This document shows, one piece after another, positions 30,680-40,005 of a stretch of DNA of 64,000 nucleotides; position 1 is the stretch's first letter; every line of letters begins with the position of its first letter. The position numbers and the translations under genes are program-made. Source of the stretch: Phycisphaerales bacterium. GTDB lineage: Bacteria; Planctomycetota; Phycisphaerae; WQYP01. The notes under the pieces are model-generated. The model ran no database searches. It saw only the letters and a program-made list of their open reading frames with translations, and was not told where the DNA came from. The stretch is from positions 84,711-148,710 of the forward strand of contig DAIDJN010000040.1 in assembly GCA_027451365.1 (NCBI GenBank). Direction: 5' to 3'.

Positions 30680-33496
30680 ATGGGCCGATGGATGTGGAAT
30701 CGCATTTCCGCCATACAGAATTCACGGGTTCAATCACGCTCAGGAGACAGGATGCTTTCCAAAATGCACAATTCGACGGATTTGCGGGTGCTGGCCTCGG
30801 CAAATCGTTTAATCCCGACCCGAATGCGGCTGGTCCATCAGGGGGCGGGCCATCGCCGGCCTGTTGCTTTGGCGGCTGTTGCGATTTGTGCCGCGGTTGT
30901 CGGCCTGGCGGGACCGCACCGAGCGTCGGCCGCCACCGTTGCGGTGGCAAAAAAAGCCGCCGAGGCACCGGTACTTTCACTGGTAGCGCAGAGGGCGATT
31001 GCAAGCCAGACGCAATTGGCTCAAAGTCTGATAGATGCGCACAATATTGCGGGTCTTCAGGCAGCTCTGAAGTTCGCCACCGATGTCCATGCCAAAGCAC
31101 TTTTTTCCTCGGCGTTAATTGCCGCCCGGTGGCCGTCGATTGCGGACAGTCCAACGCTGCGTCAGAAGGATGCGGACGTTTACATCCGCAATTTGCAGGC
31201 CTATGTGCAATACGCGGGTCCAAGCATTTATCCGCTTTGGGCCCTGCATCAGGCTAAGTTTATTTTGGCGAATCTGACCACCAGCCCGGTCAATCGAATT
31301 GAATATTGGTCCGCACTGCCGCAGGATCGCGCGGAACTTAAGCCGGCGGCGGGCGCGGCGCTGCAATTGCTGCATCTGGCCGATACGCATCTGAAAGCGG
31401 ACCTGGTCCGGCTTAACAATCAGTCGACGTTTTCCAAGTTGGACAAGGCCTATTACATGCTGGCCCTTAACGGCCAGACACAGGCGGCCTATTACCGCTG
31501 TTTCGCATCTTATTTTTATGGACTTTCGCTGCCTCGCAAGGCCGCGGGACGCGATGCGTATTTTCTGGCGGCGGTCAAAGGTTTAAAGCAATGGGCTTCC
31601 GGACCGGCATCCAACGGCGTGAAATATCCGGCACTGCTGCTTAGCGGAAAGGCCAATGTGCGGGCGGGCCGATATACCGATGGCGAATCGGAACTGGTTA
31701 AAGCCCAAAGCCCGGATGCGCCACTTTACATCCAATATGCGGCGCGTTACCAGCAGGTTGTGGCGCTGCTTGGTGCCGGGCATTATAAACAGGCAAGCGA
31801 AATGCTCGCGTCATTCCGCAGTTGGGTGAAATCCAATCCCAAGGCGGACACCGCCAGTGCGACCATGGGCGCGCAATTGCTGGCCTATCGTATCGCGGCG
31901 GCAAAAGCCCGCAGTCTGACCGATCCGCAAGCCCGCAATGCGGGCCTTCTGGCGGCCAGCGGCATTCTGATGCGCGTGGTCGCCACGGCACCGCAATACC
32001 AGGGGCTTATTTTCTCGCACCTTGCCGCGCGGATTCCAGCCAATCCGAACGTCAGCAGCCTGACGCCGGTGCAAGCACTGGCATTCGCCTGGACCAAAGC
32101 ACAAAGCGGCAATTCGGCCAATGCGAAACTGGCACTTGGTGCGGCCAAATCGGTGCTGACGCGCAAAGGCATAAGTACGCCGATCGCGGCGGAAGCGTCT
32201 CTTATTGCCGGCATCAGTTATGGCCGCCTCGGCCGGCTGCAACAGGCTGCCCAGATGAATCTGCGTTTTGTCGCGCTGGTCCCCAATGATACTCGGGCGA
32301 AATCCGCGGTGAATCTTGCCCTTTCCCAGCTTCAGCAGTTAAACCAGGTTGCGGATGTTTCCAGCCAGGTGTCCACCCTCACGCAGCAGGCCTTGAAACT
32401 GGCCTATGTGAATTACCATGAAAAGCAATGGGCCTTTGCCTATGCCTTGCAACTGGAAGAGACCGGTGAGTTCGCCGAGGCCGGTCATCTTCTTTCCGAA
32501 GTAAAGCCGGATAATCCCCTGTTTCTGGATGCGCAATATCAATTGGTGCGCATTACCGCGTCGATCATGAATCAGGATATTCAATCCGGCAAAACCGTGG
32601 TCATCCAGCAGGAGGCTGCGCAAAAGCTGCTGAACGCATGCCATCACTACCTGACAATCCTGCAATATCCGCCGACGGGTACTTCGGCCGCGGCTTTGAA
32701 ACGCGCACGGGCCAACCGTACCAGTATTCTGTTTCTGCAGGCAGCAACGGCCCTTGATCCGTTACGGGAACCGAACACGGCGGGTCGCATTTTAGACTCC
32801 CTTGATGCCATTCGTTCCAAACTTTCGCATCGCCTGCAGGGCATTCTGCTTCGCTACCGCATTCGCCAGTATCAATTGAACCACCAGAGCGCGATGATTA
32901 TTCCGTTGATAAAGAAGTACACCGCCAATTCCAAGGGTGGCGCGGAACAGTTGATTCGCGGTCTGATAGGCCAGTACGATTCTGAGAGCCGCGCGCTCCG
33001 GGCCACCCAGCCGGTTAAGGCCAAGGATCTGGCCAGCCAGGCGGCCACACTGCTGCGGGCGCTCATTGCATACATGCGATCGCAAAAAGGGAACCATCGC
33101 GATTTGATTTATGCCTACCGCCAGATTCTGGCAGAGGAATATATTCACGCCGGTCGCGGACATGCGGCAATGGATTTGTATAAATCGCTGGAAAAACAGC
33201 GGCCGCCGGACCTGCGGAATTTCATCGGATTCGCCCGCGCAGCCTATGCCGCCGGTCATTATCAGCGCGCCCGCCGGTTGTATGTGCGGATCATTCCAAA
33301 GCTTGAGCCGGGCAGCGATTTATTCTGGTCGGCGTATCTGTATCTGATTCGTGCCAATGAAAAGCATTTGACTCACCCGAAAGCCACCGTACGGAAGCTG
33401 CGGGCTTTGCTGGCGATTTACGGCAATACCATCGGCGGCAAGCGCTATCACGCCCAATATGAGGCCCTGCTGCAAAAGTACAATATTACTGAATAG
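30680..33496 (+). CDS. Large exported alpha-helical (TPR-like) protein; true start probably downstream (e.g. ATG 30824)
   Basis: Ala/Leu-rich helical repeats and a signal-peptide-like RRPVALAAVAICAAVVGLAGPHRASA. Confidence 0.75.
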   Translation: MGRWMWNRISAIQNSRVQSRSGDRMLSKMHNSTDLRVLASANRLIPTRMRLVHQGAGHRRPVALAAVAICAAVVGLAGPHRASAATVAVAKKAAEAPVLSLVAQRAIASQTQLAQSLIDAHNIAGLQAALKFATDVHAKALFSSALIAARWPSIADSPTLRQKDADVYIRNLQAYVQYAGPSIYPLWALHQAKFILANLTTSPVNRIEYWSALPQDRAELKPAAGAALQLLHLADTHLKADLVRLNNQSTFSKLDKAYYMLALNGQTQAAYYRCFASYFYGLSLPRKAAGRDAYFLAAVKGLKQWASGPASNGVKYPALLLSGKANVRAGRYTDGESELVKAQSPDAPLYIQYAARYQQVVALLGAGHYKQASEMLASFRSWVKSNPKADTASATMGAQLLAYRIAAAKARSLTDPQARNAGLLAASGILMRVVATAPQYQGLIFSHLAARIPANPNVSSLTPVQALAFAWTKAQSGNSANAKLALGAAKSVLTRKGISTPIAAEASLIAGISYGRLGRLQQAAQMNLRFVALVPNDTRAKSAVNLALSQLQQLNQVADVSSQVSTLTQQALKLAYVNYHEKQWAFAYALQLEETGEFAEAGHLLSEVKPDNPLFLDAQYQLVRITASIMNQDIQSGKTVVIQQEAAQKLLNACHHYLTILQYPPTGTSAAALKRARANRTSILFLQAATALDPLREPNTAGRILDSLDAIRSKLSHRLQGILLRYRIRQYQLNHQSAMIIPLIKKYTANSKGGAEQLIRGLIGQYDSESRALRATQPVKAKDLASQAATLLRALIAYMRSQKGNHRDLIYAYRQILAEEYIHAGRGHAAMDLYKSLEKQRPPDLRNFIGFARAAYAAGHYQRARRLYVRIIPKLEPGSDLFWSAYLYLIRANEKHLTHPKATVRKLRALLAIYGNTIGGKRYHAQYEALLQKYNITE

Positions 33497-33608
33497 TCCC
33501 CTGCGAACGGACGGCCGCTGTTAACCGCTGATTCTGAATCCAGGCGCGACAGGTGTCCGGCTTTTGTCAGGATGCCGAAATTCCCTTTTGGCGGTAGCAT
33601 GATTTGCT

Positions 33609-34271
33609 ATGAGAATCATTGCGGGCAAATTTCGCGGTCGTCCTGTCATTTCCCCCTCCGATGACACCACACGCCCGATAACGGATCGAGCCAAACAGTC
33701 ATTGTTCGATGCGCTGGCCGTGGCTGTGGATTTTTCCGCCACGCCGGTGCTGGATTGCTTCTGTGGCACCGGCTCGCTGGGGCTTGAATGCCTTTCGCGC
33801 GGCTCGCCACGGGTGGTCTTTGTGGAAAACGGCCGATCGGCTCTGGAAAATTTACGCAACAACATTGTGGCCTTTGGCGTTAAAGACAGGAGCGATGTGC
33901 TGCGGCTGGATGCCTACCGCACGCCATCGGCACTCGCGGGTCTGCCGACGCCGGATGGTCGGCCGTTGAAATTTCTGCTGGCATTTGTGGATCCGCCTTA
34001 TGCCCAGATGGAATCGCCGGATGAACGGGACGCGGTGGATAACCTGGTGCAGGCTTTGGCCTTGGACTGGGTGCCGACCGGAGGACTGATTATTTTACGC
34101 CATCCGACCGAAGTAAAACTTACCGGATTGCGGCTGGCACCGCTGGTCATTCGGCAAATGGTATACGGGTCCATGACCATTACCTGGCTGGAAACGCAAG
34201 CCGGCACCGGGAGCCAAGCTGCGAATGTCGTGGCTGATCATGCGCCGGCTGATTCTCCAGGCGATATCTGA
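33609..34271 (+). CDS. rsmD: 16S rRNA m2G966 methyltransferase
   Basis: MRIIAGKFRGR, TRPITDRAKQSLF, LDCFCGTGSLGLECLSRG and DPPY. Confidence 0.93.
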   Translation: MRIIAGKFRGRPVISPSDDTTRPITDRAKQSLFDALAVAVDFSATPVLDCFCGTGSLGLECLSRGSPRVVFVENGRSALENLRNNIVAFGVKDRSDVLRLDAYRTPSALAGLPTPDGRPLKFLLAFVDPPYAQMESPDERDAVDNLVQALALDWVPTGGLIILRHPTEVKLTGLRLAPLVIRQMVYGSMTITWLETQAGTGSQAANVVADHAPADSPGDI

Positions 34272-34382
34272 CCGGGGACCGCCGGTCTGCCGCGACCCGG
34301 TCTGGCGGATTCGCCGCCGTCGGGATTGGGCCGCCTCGGTCGGCGGGAATTGGTAAATTTGTAACGCAAAAGAGGCTTTCGT

Positions 34383-35309
34383 ATGCCCGCATATCAATAC
34401 AAATTTTTCAAACCGGCCCAGGCCGCCCAGTTGCGGCGCATGGAACTGACGGTGCGCGGGGTGGTGGAAGGCGTGTATGCCGGTTTGCATAAAAGTCCGC
34501 ACAAAGGCTTCAGTATTGAATTTGCCGAACATCGTGAATATGTCCCCGGTGATGAAATCAAGCACCTTGACTGGACAGTACTGGCTAAGACCGACCGGTA
34601 TTACATAAAACAATACGAACAGGAAACCAATATGCGGGCCACCATATGCCTGGATGCGTCGGCATCCATGCGGTTTGGCACAGCTGCCCAGGAAGACGCG
34701 TCGGTCAAAGGCGTGCGGCAGGTGAGCAAGTTTGATTATTCCGCAGTGCTGGCCGCATCTCTGGCGTATATGCTGTCCAATCAGCAGGACATGGTCGGGC
34801 TGGTCGCGTTTGATAATGCCATCCGCCTGGAAATTCCGCAGGGGAATGGGCCATCTCACCTGGACCAGATATTTGTATCTCTGGAAAAGCTTTCCCCCGG
34901 CAGAACCACGGACCTGGCAGCCACGCTGCACCGGGTGGCGGCAAAAATTCCACGACGCGGGCTGGTGATTGTTATCAGCGATCTGTTTGATGACCCGGAA
35001 CGAATCGCCACCTCCCTGCAGCATCTCCGCCACGCCCGTCACCAGTTGGTCATGATTCATGTTCTGGATCGCGGCGAAATGGAACTTAATTACAACCGCC
35101 CGGTCACTTTTGAAGATATGGAGGATGGCACGCGCCTGCAGATTGATCCTAAAATTATTCGCGATGACTACCGCAAGGAAGTGCAGGCCTATCTGGAATT
35201 GCTGAAATTCAAGTGCGGCCAGTCGCGGATCGATTATATCACCGCGTTTACCGATATTCCTTGGGACGCACAAATACGCGAAGTGCTGCGGCGGACCTCG
35301 CGCCGCTGA
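34383..35309 (+). CDS. DUF58 family protein (MoxR-associated)
   Basis: GLHKSPHKGFSIEFAEHREYVPGDEIKHLDW, LDASASM and ISDLF. Confidence 0.93.
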   Translation: MPAYQYKFFKPAQAAQLRRMELTVRGVVEGVYAGLHKSPHKGFSIEFAEHREYVPGDEIKHLDWTVLAKTDRYYIKQYEQETNMRATICLDASASMRFGTAAQEDASVKGVRQVSKFDYSAVLAASLAYMLSNQQDMVGLVAFDNAIRLEIPQGNGPSHLDQIFVSLEKLSPGRTTDLAATLHRVAAKIPRRGLVIVISDLFDDPERIATSLQHLRHARHQLVMIHVLDRGEMELNYNRPVTFEDMEDGTRLQIDPKIIRDDYRKEVQAYLELLKFKCGQSRIDYITAFTDIPWDAQIREVLRRTSRR

Positions 35310-35380
35310 ACGGTTTGGACAACCGCCGCGACCTCTGCAATATGCGAATGTCCGGCATGTACGTAAAGGCTGACAGCTTG

Positions 35381-37942
35381 ATGAATGTGTTCGGGTCTAT
35401 TGCGGCCCTGAGTTTTGCCAGTCCGGTCATGCTGGTGGGTCTGCTGGCTGCGGGCATTCCCGTGGCGCTGCATCTGCTGAACCGCGTGCGTTCCCCCATT
35501 GTGCAATTCCCCACGTTGCGATTCCTGCGAATCACAGCTCAAAAAACGTCCCGGCGGCGGCAGGTTCAGAACTTTCTTCTTCTGCTGCTCCGGATGGCGG
35601 TCTTCGCCATGATTGCCATGGCGGTTGCCGGGCCGCTGGTGCATGGCGGGCGGCCAATTCTGGCTTATGGCATGGTTCTGCTTTTGCTGGTGGGGCTTGG
35701 TCTGCTGGCGGTCACCGGCACCTTGTTGGGTGGCATGATCGAAAACCGGCAGCGGGCCGCCAGCGCCGCGCTGCCAACCCGGCCGGATGGTACGCCTGCT
35801 CTACAACCCTCCGCCACACCCCGGACGCCGCCGAACGGTCGCACACCAGGTTTTATATTGCCCATCGCTCTGCTGGTTGCGGGTCTACTGGCTGCCGCTA
35901 CGGCCGTATTCGGACTGGGAACAGATACGCTGTTTCCAGCGTCCGCGGCGCATTTTGATGGCAGTTCCACCGCGTGCGTCATTATTCTGGATAATTCGCA
36001 ATCTATGCTGGCCCATGCGGGCCTTCAATCGCGGCTTGCGCAGGCCACCGCCCAGGTACAATCATTAATAAGTTCCGTCATCCGGCCGGCCCAGGTTGCG
36101 GTGCTGCTGACCAATCCCGGCAGTTCAGCCGTGACTGACCATTTAAGTGCCAACCGCGTGGCGGTTCTAGGGCGGCTGGGAAGAATTCAAAGCACTGGCC
36201 GCACGCTTCCCATGCAACTTCTGATAGCCCGTTCGGTACGGCTGCTCCGCAATTCCGATGAAGCCAGCCGCCTGCTTGTGATCGTCTCCGATTTCGCCGG
36301 CCCGGCCGCAGCGGATACAGACATGTTCCGCGCCTTGAAGCGGAACCCGGAAATTCAGGTAGTGCTTATGCCGCAGGCCACTGGCAGTATTCCGGACGAT
36401 GTTGGCATAACCAAGTTAAATATCACCCGTGGCCAGCCGGTAATCGGCAGTAAAATGATCTTCAAAGCCGCGGTGATCAACAATGGCCAGACTGCAGTAG
36501 TGCCGACTTTTGATCTGCAAATGGATGGTCGAACGATACCTGGCGCGGCTGCCCATATTCAGCTTGGCCCCGCGGGCACCGCATCGGCGCGCGGGTCGGT
36601 CAAACTGTCCTTCACGCTGCCTGCGGCCGGTTACCACCTTTTTGCCGTGCGTCAGGCGGGGGCCTCGGACGCACTGGGCTGGGCGGACCAGCGCAGCCTG
36701 ATGTTGCGGGTGGCGCACAAAATTCGGGTCCTGGTGGTGGGCACCCAGGCTTCGCCTTTGCCTGGCAGTACTGGCTTTTTTACCCAGGCGGCCCTGGCCC
36801 CGTTTGCTGGCGCGCAATTTGCCGCGGCCGGGAAGCCCCTTTGGAGCATTGCCCCGACCTATGTATCGGCGGCGGACTTTTCTGGCACAAACCTGGACCC
36901 ATATGCAGCGGTATTTATGTGTGATGTGCCGCGTCTGACTGCGCCAGCGGCCGACAGCTTGTCCCGCTTTGTTCGCGCCGGCGGGCGAGTCTGCTGGCTC
37001 CTGGGGCCGGCGGTGAACAAAGCGAATTATAACAGTCTTTTGGCCGGTACCAGGCAGATGCTGCCCGGCACGCTTACTGGGCCCATGCAGAATTCCAATG
37101 GTAGCCCGGTAAGCTGGGTGGATATCAAAAGTCACATTTTCGCGCACCTTTTTCCCACACAAACGCCGTTTCAGCGGATTGTGGTGGTGGGGCGGTGGGC
37201 TTTGCCGGCCAATTCGCCCGCCATTGGCAAAGCACTTTCCAGGCTTGAAGATCAGTCTCTGCTGCTGGTGGAACACACGCTTGGACAGGGCAGAGTTTAC
37301 ACCTTTCTAACCGCACCGGGCGGCGGTTGGACCAATATTGCCACTACATCCGCCTTTTTGCCGATGATCGTGCGCATTGCCCTGGGTAGCGCTGGAACCT
37401 TGGCTCACCTTACGAGTTACGAACCACAGCAGGCGGTCTCTATTCCGCTGCCCAACCAAAACGCTCAGGCCAGTCTGAACGTGACTGTTCCCGGCAGCGA
37501 TGTCCCGGTGAATGTCAAATCTATTCCCGGACCGGAAGGCCGGCCGGAATGGATTTTTCAGGAAACATATCGGGCGGGCGTATACAAATGGGAAAGTTTT
37601 GACCACCATTTCCATGGGCGTTTTGTGGTAAATAATCCGGGTGCGGAAGTGGATTTACGTGCCACATCAGCCAAAATTATTGCCAAAGAAGCGCCTGTAA
37701 AATCGCCACCACTGATTGCCGCAACCGCACGACAGCTTCAGGCTGTTCTGCAGAAAAATTCACAAGGCAGTTCGCTGATGCCTGGAATTCTGGCACTTGT
37801 GCTTATCCTGGCCGTGCTGGAAGCATTGGCCGCCAACCGCTACAAACCGACTGTTCAAAGACGGGACGATCTCCTGGGCCGCGAGCCAGACGTCGTCCAG
37901 CGCGGTTCTTTGGCCGCTCTTGAAGGCCGTTCAGTTGCCTGA
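35381..37942 (+). CDS. BatA-domain/vWA membrane protein
   Basis: BatA N-terminus IPVALHLL...FPTLRFL...LLLLLRMA, vWA motif LDNSQSM/VSDF, GATase-like domain and C-terminal TM. Confidence 0.88.
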   Translation: MNVFGSIAALSFASPVMLVGLLAAGIPVALHLLNRVRSPIVQFPTLRFLRITAQKTSRRRQVQNFLLLLLRMAVFAMIAMAVAGPLVHGGRPILAYGMVLLLLVGLGLLAVTGTLLGGMIENRQRAASAALPTRPDGTPALQPSATPRTPPNGRTPGFILPIALLVAGLLAAATAVFGLGTDTLFPASAAHFDGSSTACVIILDNSQSMLAHAGLQSRLAQATAQVQSLISSVIRPAQVAVLLTNPGSSAVTDHLSANRVAVLGRLGRIQSTGRTLPMQLLIARSVRLLRNSDEASRLLVIVSDFAGPAAADTDMFRALKRNPEIQVVLMPQATGSIPDDVGITKLNITRGQPVIGSKMIFKAAVINNGQTAVVPTFDLQMDGRTIPGAAAHIQLGPAGTASARGSVKLSFTLPAAGYHLFAVRQAGASDALGWADQRSLMLRVAHKIRVLVVGTQASPLPGSTGFFTQAALAPFAGAQFAAAGKPLWSIAPTYVSAADFSGTNLDPYAAVFMCDVPRLTAPAADSLSRFVRAGGRVCWLLGPAVNKANYNSLLAGTRQMLPGTLTGPMQNSNGSPVSWVDIKSHIFAHLFPTQTPFQRIVVVGRWALPANSPAIGKALSRLEDQSLLLVEHTLGQGRVYTFLTAPGGGWTNIATTSAFLPMIVRIALGSAGTLAHLTSYEPQQAVSIPLPNQNAQASLNVTVPGSDVPVNVKSIPGPEGRPEWIFQETYRAGVYKWESFDHHFHGRFVVNNPGAEVDLRATSAKIIAKEAPVKSPPLIAATARQLQAVLQKNSQGSSLMPGILALVLILAVLEALAANRYKPTVQRRDDLLGREPDVVQRGSLAALEGRSVA

Positions 37943-38068
37943 CAGACGCATCCTTTACTACAGCAGCAGCAGCGCGAATCGCCATTGGCAAACGCGCGGA
38001 AATAACCTGCACGCACAGATTGGCACGCATCGGCACTCAGCAGTCAATGCGCGCAGCTTGATTCCTTA

Positions 38069-38080
38069 TTGTGTACACAA
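38069..38080. promoter_or_regulatory. Palindromic operator TTGTGTACACAA upstream of TA operon
   Basis: Perfect 12-bp palindrome followed by a second TACACA, lying within TTGATT-17-AAAAAT. Typical position for TA autoregulation. Confidence 0.55.
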
Positions 38081-38136
38081 AAAAATACACAAAGCCGGGT
38101 ACGCCTGCAGACGGTCATTGGGCCAGCGAGGTTTTT

Positions 38137-38424
38137 ATGCGATTTGTGACCATTCGCGCTGTAAGAATGATTGCCGCATCCGTTCTGCGCAAGTTGCCCC
38201 GTGAAGGGGAAGTCGTTCTTACCCACCATAGCCACCCGATAGCCATTGTTCCTTCTGCTGATGAAAGCAATCTGGAAGATACGCTGCGAACATTGCGACA
38301 AATCCGGGCTCTTCAGGCCGTCGACCGCAGGCAGCGCAGCACTGCAAAACGTGGTGCCGCGCGATTGTCGCGCCGCCGTATTGCCGCGGAAGTTGCCGCC
38401 GTTCGACGGGACCGCAAACAGTGA
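38137..38424 (+). CDS. Phd/YefM-family antitoxin
   Basis: MRFVTIR...EGEVVLT...PIAIV pattern with GAGG RBS. Stop overlaps the PIN gene start (GTGA). Confidence 0.75.
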   Translation: MRFVTIRAVRMIAASVLRKLPREGEVVLTHHSHPIAIVPSADESNLEDTLRTLRQIRALQAVDRRQRSTAKRGAARLSRRRIAAEVAAVRRDRKQ

Positions 38425-38822
38425 GAATTGTGGTCGGCACAAACATCCTTGTGTCCGGCCTGCTTTCGCCTTTCGGGCCACCAGGACAGATTGCCTCCGG
38501 GATCGCCGTTGGCACTTGGAAAGTCTGCTATCCTGCCCGAATAATGACGGAATACGCGGAAGTGCTTTTGCGGCCTGCGTTCGGTTTTGACCCGGGCGAT
38601 GTCGCCACAATAGTGCGCCAGATTCAAATTGAAGGCGAGCTTTGTGCGCCACCACCAACCGCGATGGTGTTACCGGATCCGTATGACTGTCCATTTCTCG
38701 AAGCGGCGCCCGCAACTTCCGCAGATTACCTGAGTACCGGAAACCTTCGGCATTTTCCCGTCAAATCCCGTCAGGGTGTTGCGGTTGTCTCACCCGCTCA
38801 ATTTATCAGGCTTATAAGTTAA
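38421..38822 (+). CDS. PIN-domain (VapC-like) toxin; first catalytic Asp replaced by Gly
   Basis: VVGTNILVS (canonical DTN), EYAEVLLRP, PDPYDCPFLEAA and DYLSTGNLRHF. Confidence 0.8.
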   Translation: MRIVVGTNILVSGLLSPFGPPGQIASGIAVGTWKVCYPARIMTEYAEVLLRPAFGFDPGDVATIVRQIQIEGELCAPPPTAMVLPDPYDCPFLEAAPATSADYLSTGNLRHFPVKSRQGVAVVSPAQFIRLIS

Positions 38823-39117
38823 CCACCGCATTAAAGCCCTTTTCCAGCAATGGAACATCACACTCCAGCCAGGCCGCAAAAGGGCGTGCGGACGATACAT
38901 TAGTTGTTACCTGCTTGTGTCTTTTTTTTTGGACAACAAGTGGCCATCCCGGATGTGATAAGAAAAGAGTCGCGACGGGCGAAGATTGGGCTAAATATGA
39001 AGGACGTCCGATTGTTGACAGCCGGGCGGGAATGAGCAACACTTCTGCCGTGGCTGAGCGGCGTTGACGGATGTTCAAAGAGTAATGCGCAGAAGCAGGG
39101 AAGGCGGCGGACGTTTT

Positions 39118-39999
39118 ATGAGTAAACAAAAAAGGGGCCGTATTGACACTCATGAAGTCGAGCGCGTCCAGCAGATCAAGCGGTTGGTGGTTATCGCATT
39201 GTTTTCGGATGACGAACTCATGGAGCGCTTCGTGCTCAAGGGTGGCAATGCCGTTGATCTGGCCTACCAAATCGGTTGGCGTGCGTCAGTCGACATCGAC
39301 CTGTCGATGGCGGACGATTTTCGATCGGAGGATATTGAGGCTATTCGGTTACTTATTGAGAATAATCTTCTGGCTACCTTCCGGCCCGCCGGCTACGAAA
39401 TATTCGACGTCACGATGGAGGAACGACCGGAAAAAGTCAGTGCGAGCCTGAAGACATTCTGGGGAGGTTATTTCCTGAGCTTCAAGCTGATAGAGGCGGC
39501 TAAATACGCGGAGAATTCCGGAAACCTGGAAAATCTGCGCCGGAACGCAGTGCAGATCGGAGCCAGGGGAAAAATCGAAATTGACATCAGCAAATTCGAG
39601 TTTTGTGAGGCGAAAATAGCTCGCGATTTGGAGGGCTATCGGATATTCGTATACACGCCGGAGATGATTGTCTGTGAGAAGCTGCGTGCGATTTGTCAGC
39701 AGATGCGGGAGTATGGCCCAATCGTTGACCGCCATCGCACCGGCAGCGCGCGGGCGAGGGATTTCGTGGATATTTATCAGGTGATGCAGCACTTCAACCT
39801 GGACTTAACGACACCGGAGAATTGTTTGCTTCTGCGCAATATTTTCGACGCCAAGCGGGTGCCGCTGGCATTACTGAATCAATTGCCGGAGTATCGGGAG
39901 TTCCACCGCCCGGACTTTGCGGCTGTAAAGGCGACCGTGAAGGCGGGCGTGGTGCTCAAGGATTTCGACTTCTACTTTGACTATGTATTGGACGTCTGA
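39118..39999 (+). CDS. AbiEii/AbiGii-family nucleotidyltransferase toxin (type IV TA)
   Basis: LKGGNA..., RASVDIDLS, IEIDIS, IVCEKLRAI and RARDFVDIY. Confidence 0.9.
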   Translation: MSKQKRGRIDTHEVERVQQIKRLVVIALFSDDELMERFVLKGGNAVDLAYQIGWRASVDIDLSMADDFRSEDIEAIRLLIENNLLATFRPAGYEIFDVTMEERPEKVSASLKTFWGGYFLSFKLIEAAKYAENSGNLENLRRNAVQIGARGKIEIDISKFEFCEAKIARDLEGYRIFVYTPEMIVCEKLRAICQQMREYGPIVDRHRTGSARARDFVDIYQVMQHFNLDLTTPENCLLLRNIFDAKRVPLALLNQLPEYREFHRPDFAAVKATVKAGVVLKDFDFYFDYVLDV

Positions 40000-40005
40000 C
40001 TGCGG

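Noticed and set aside
34095..35273. 392-aa - strand ORF
   Set aside because: Antisense shadow of the DUF58 gene
38022..38037. sigma54-like TGGCAC motif
   Set aside because: GG-to-GC spacing is off by one from the -24/-12 consensus.
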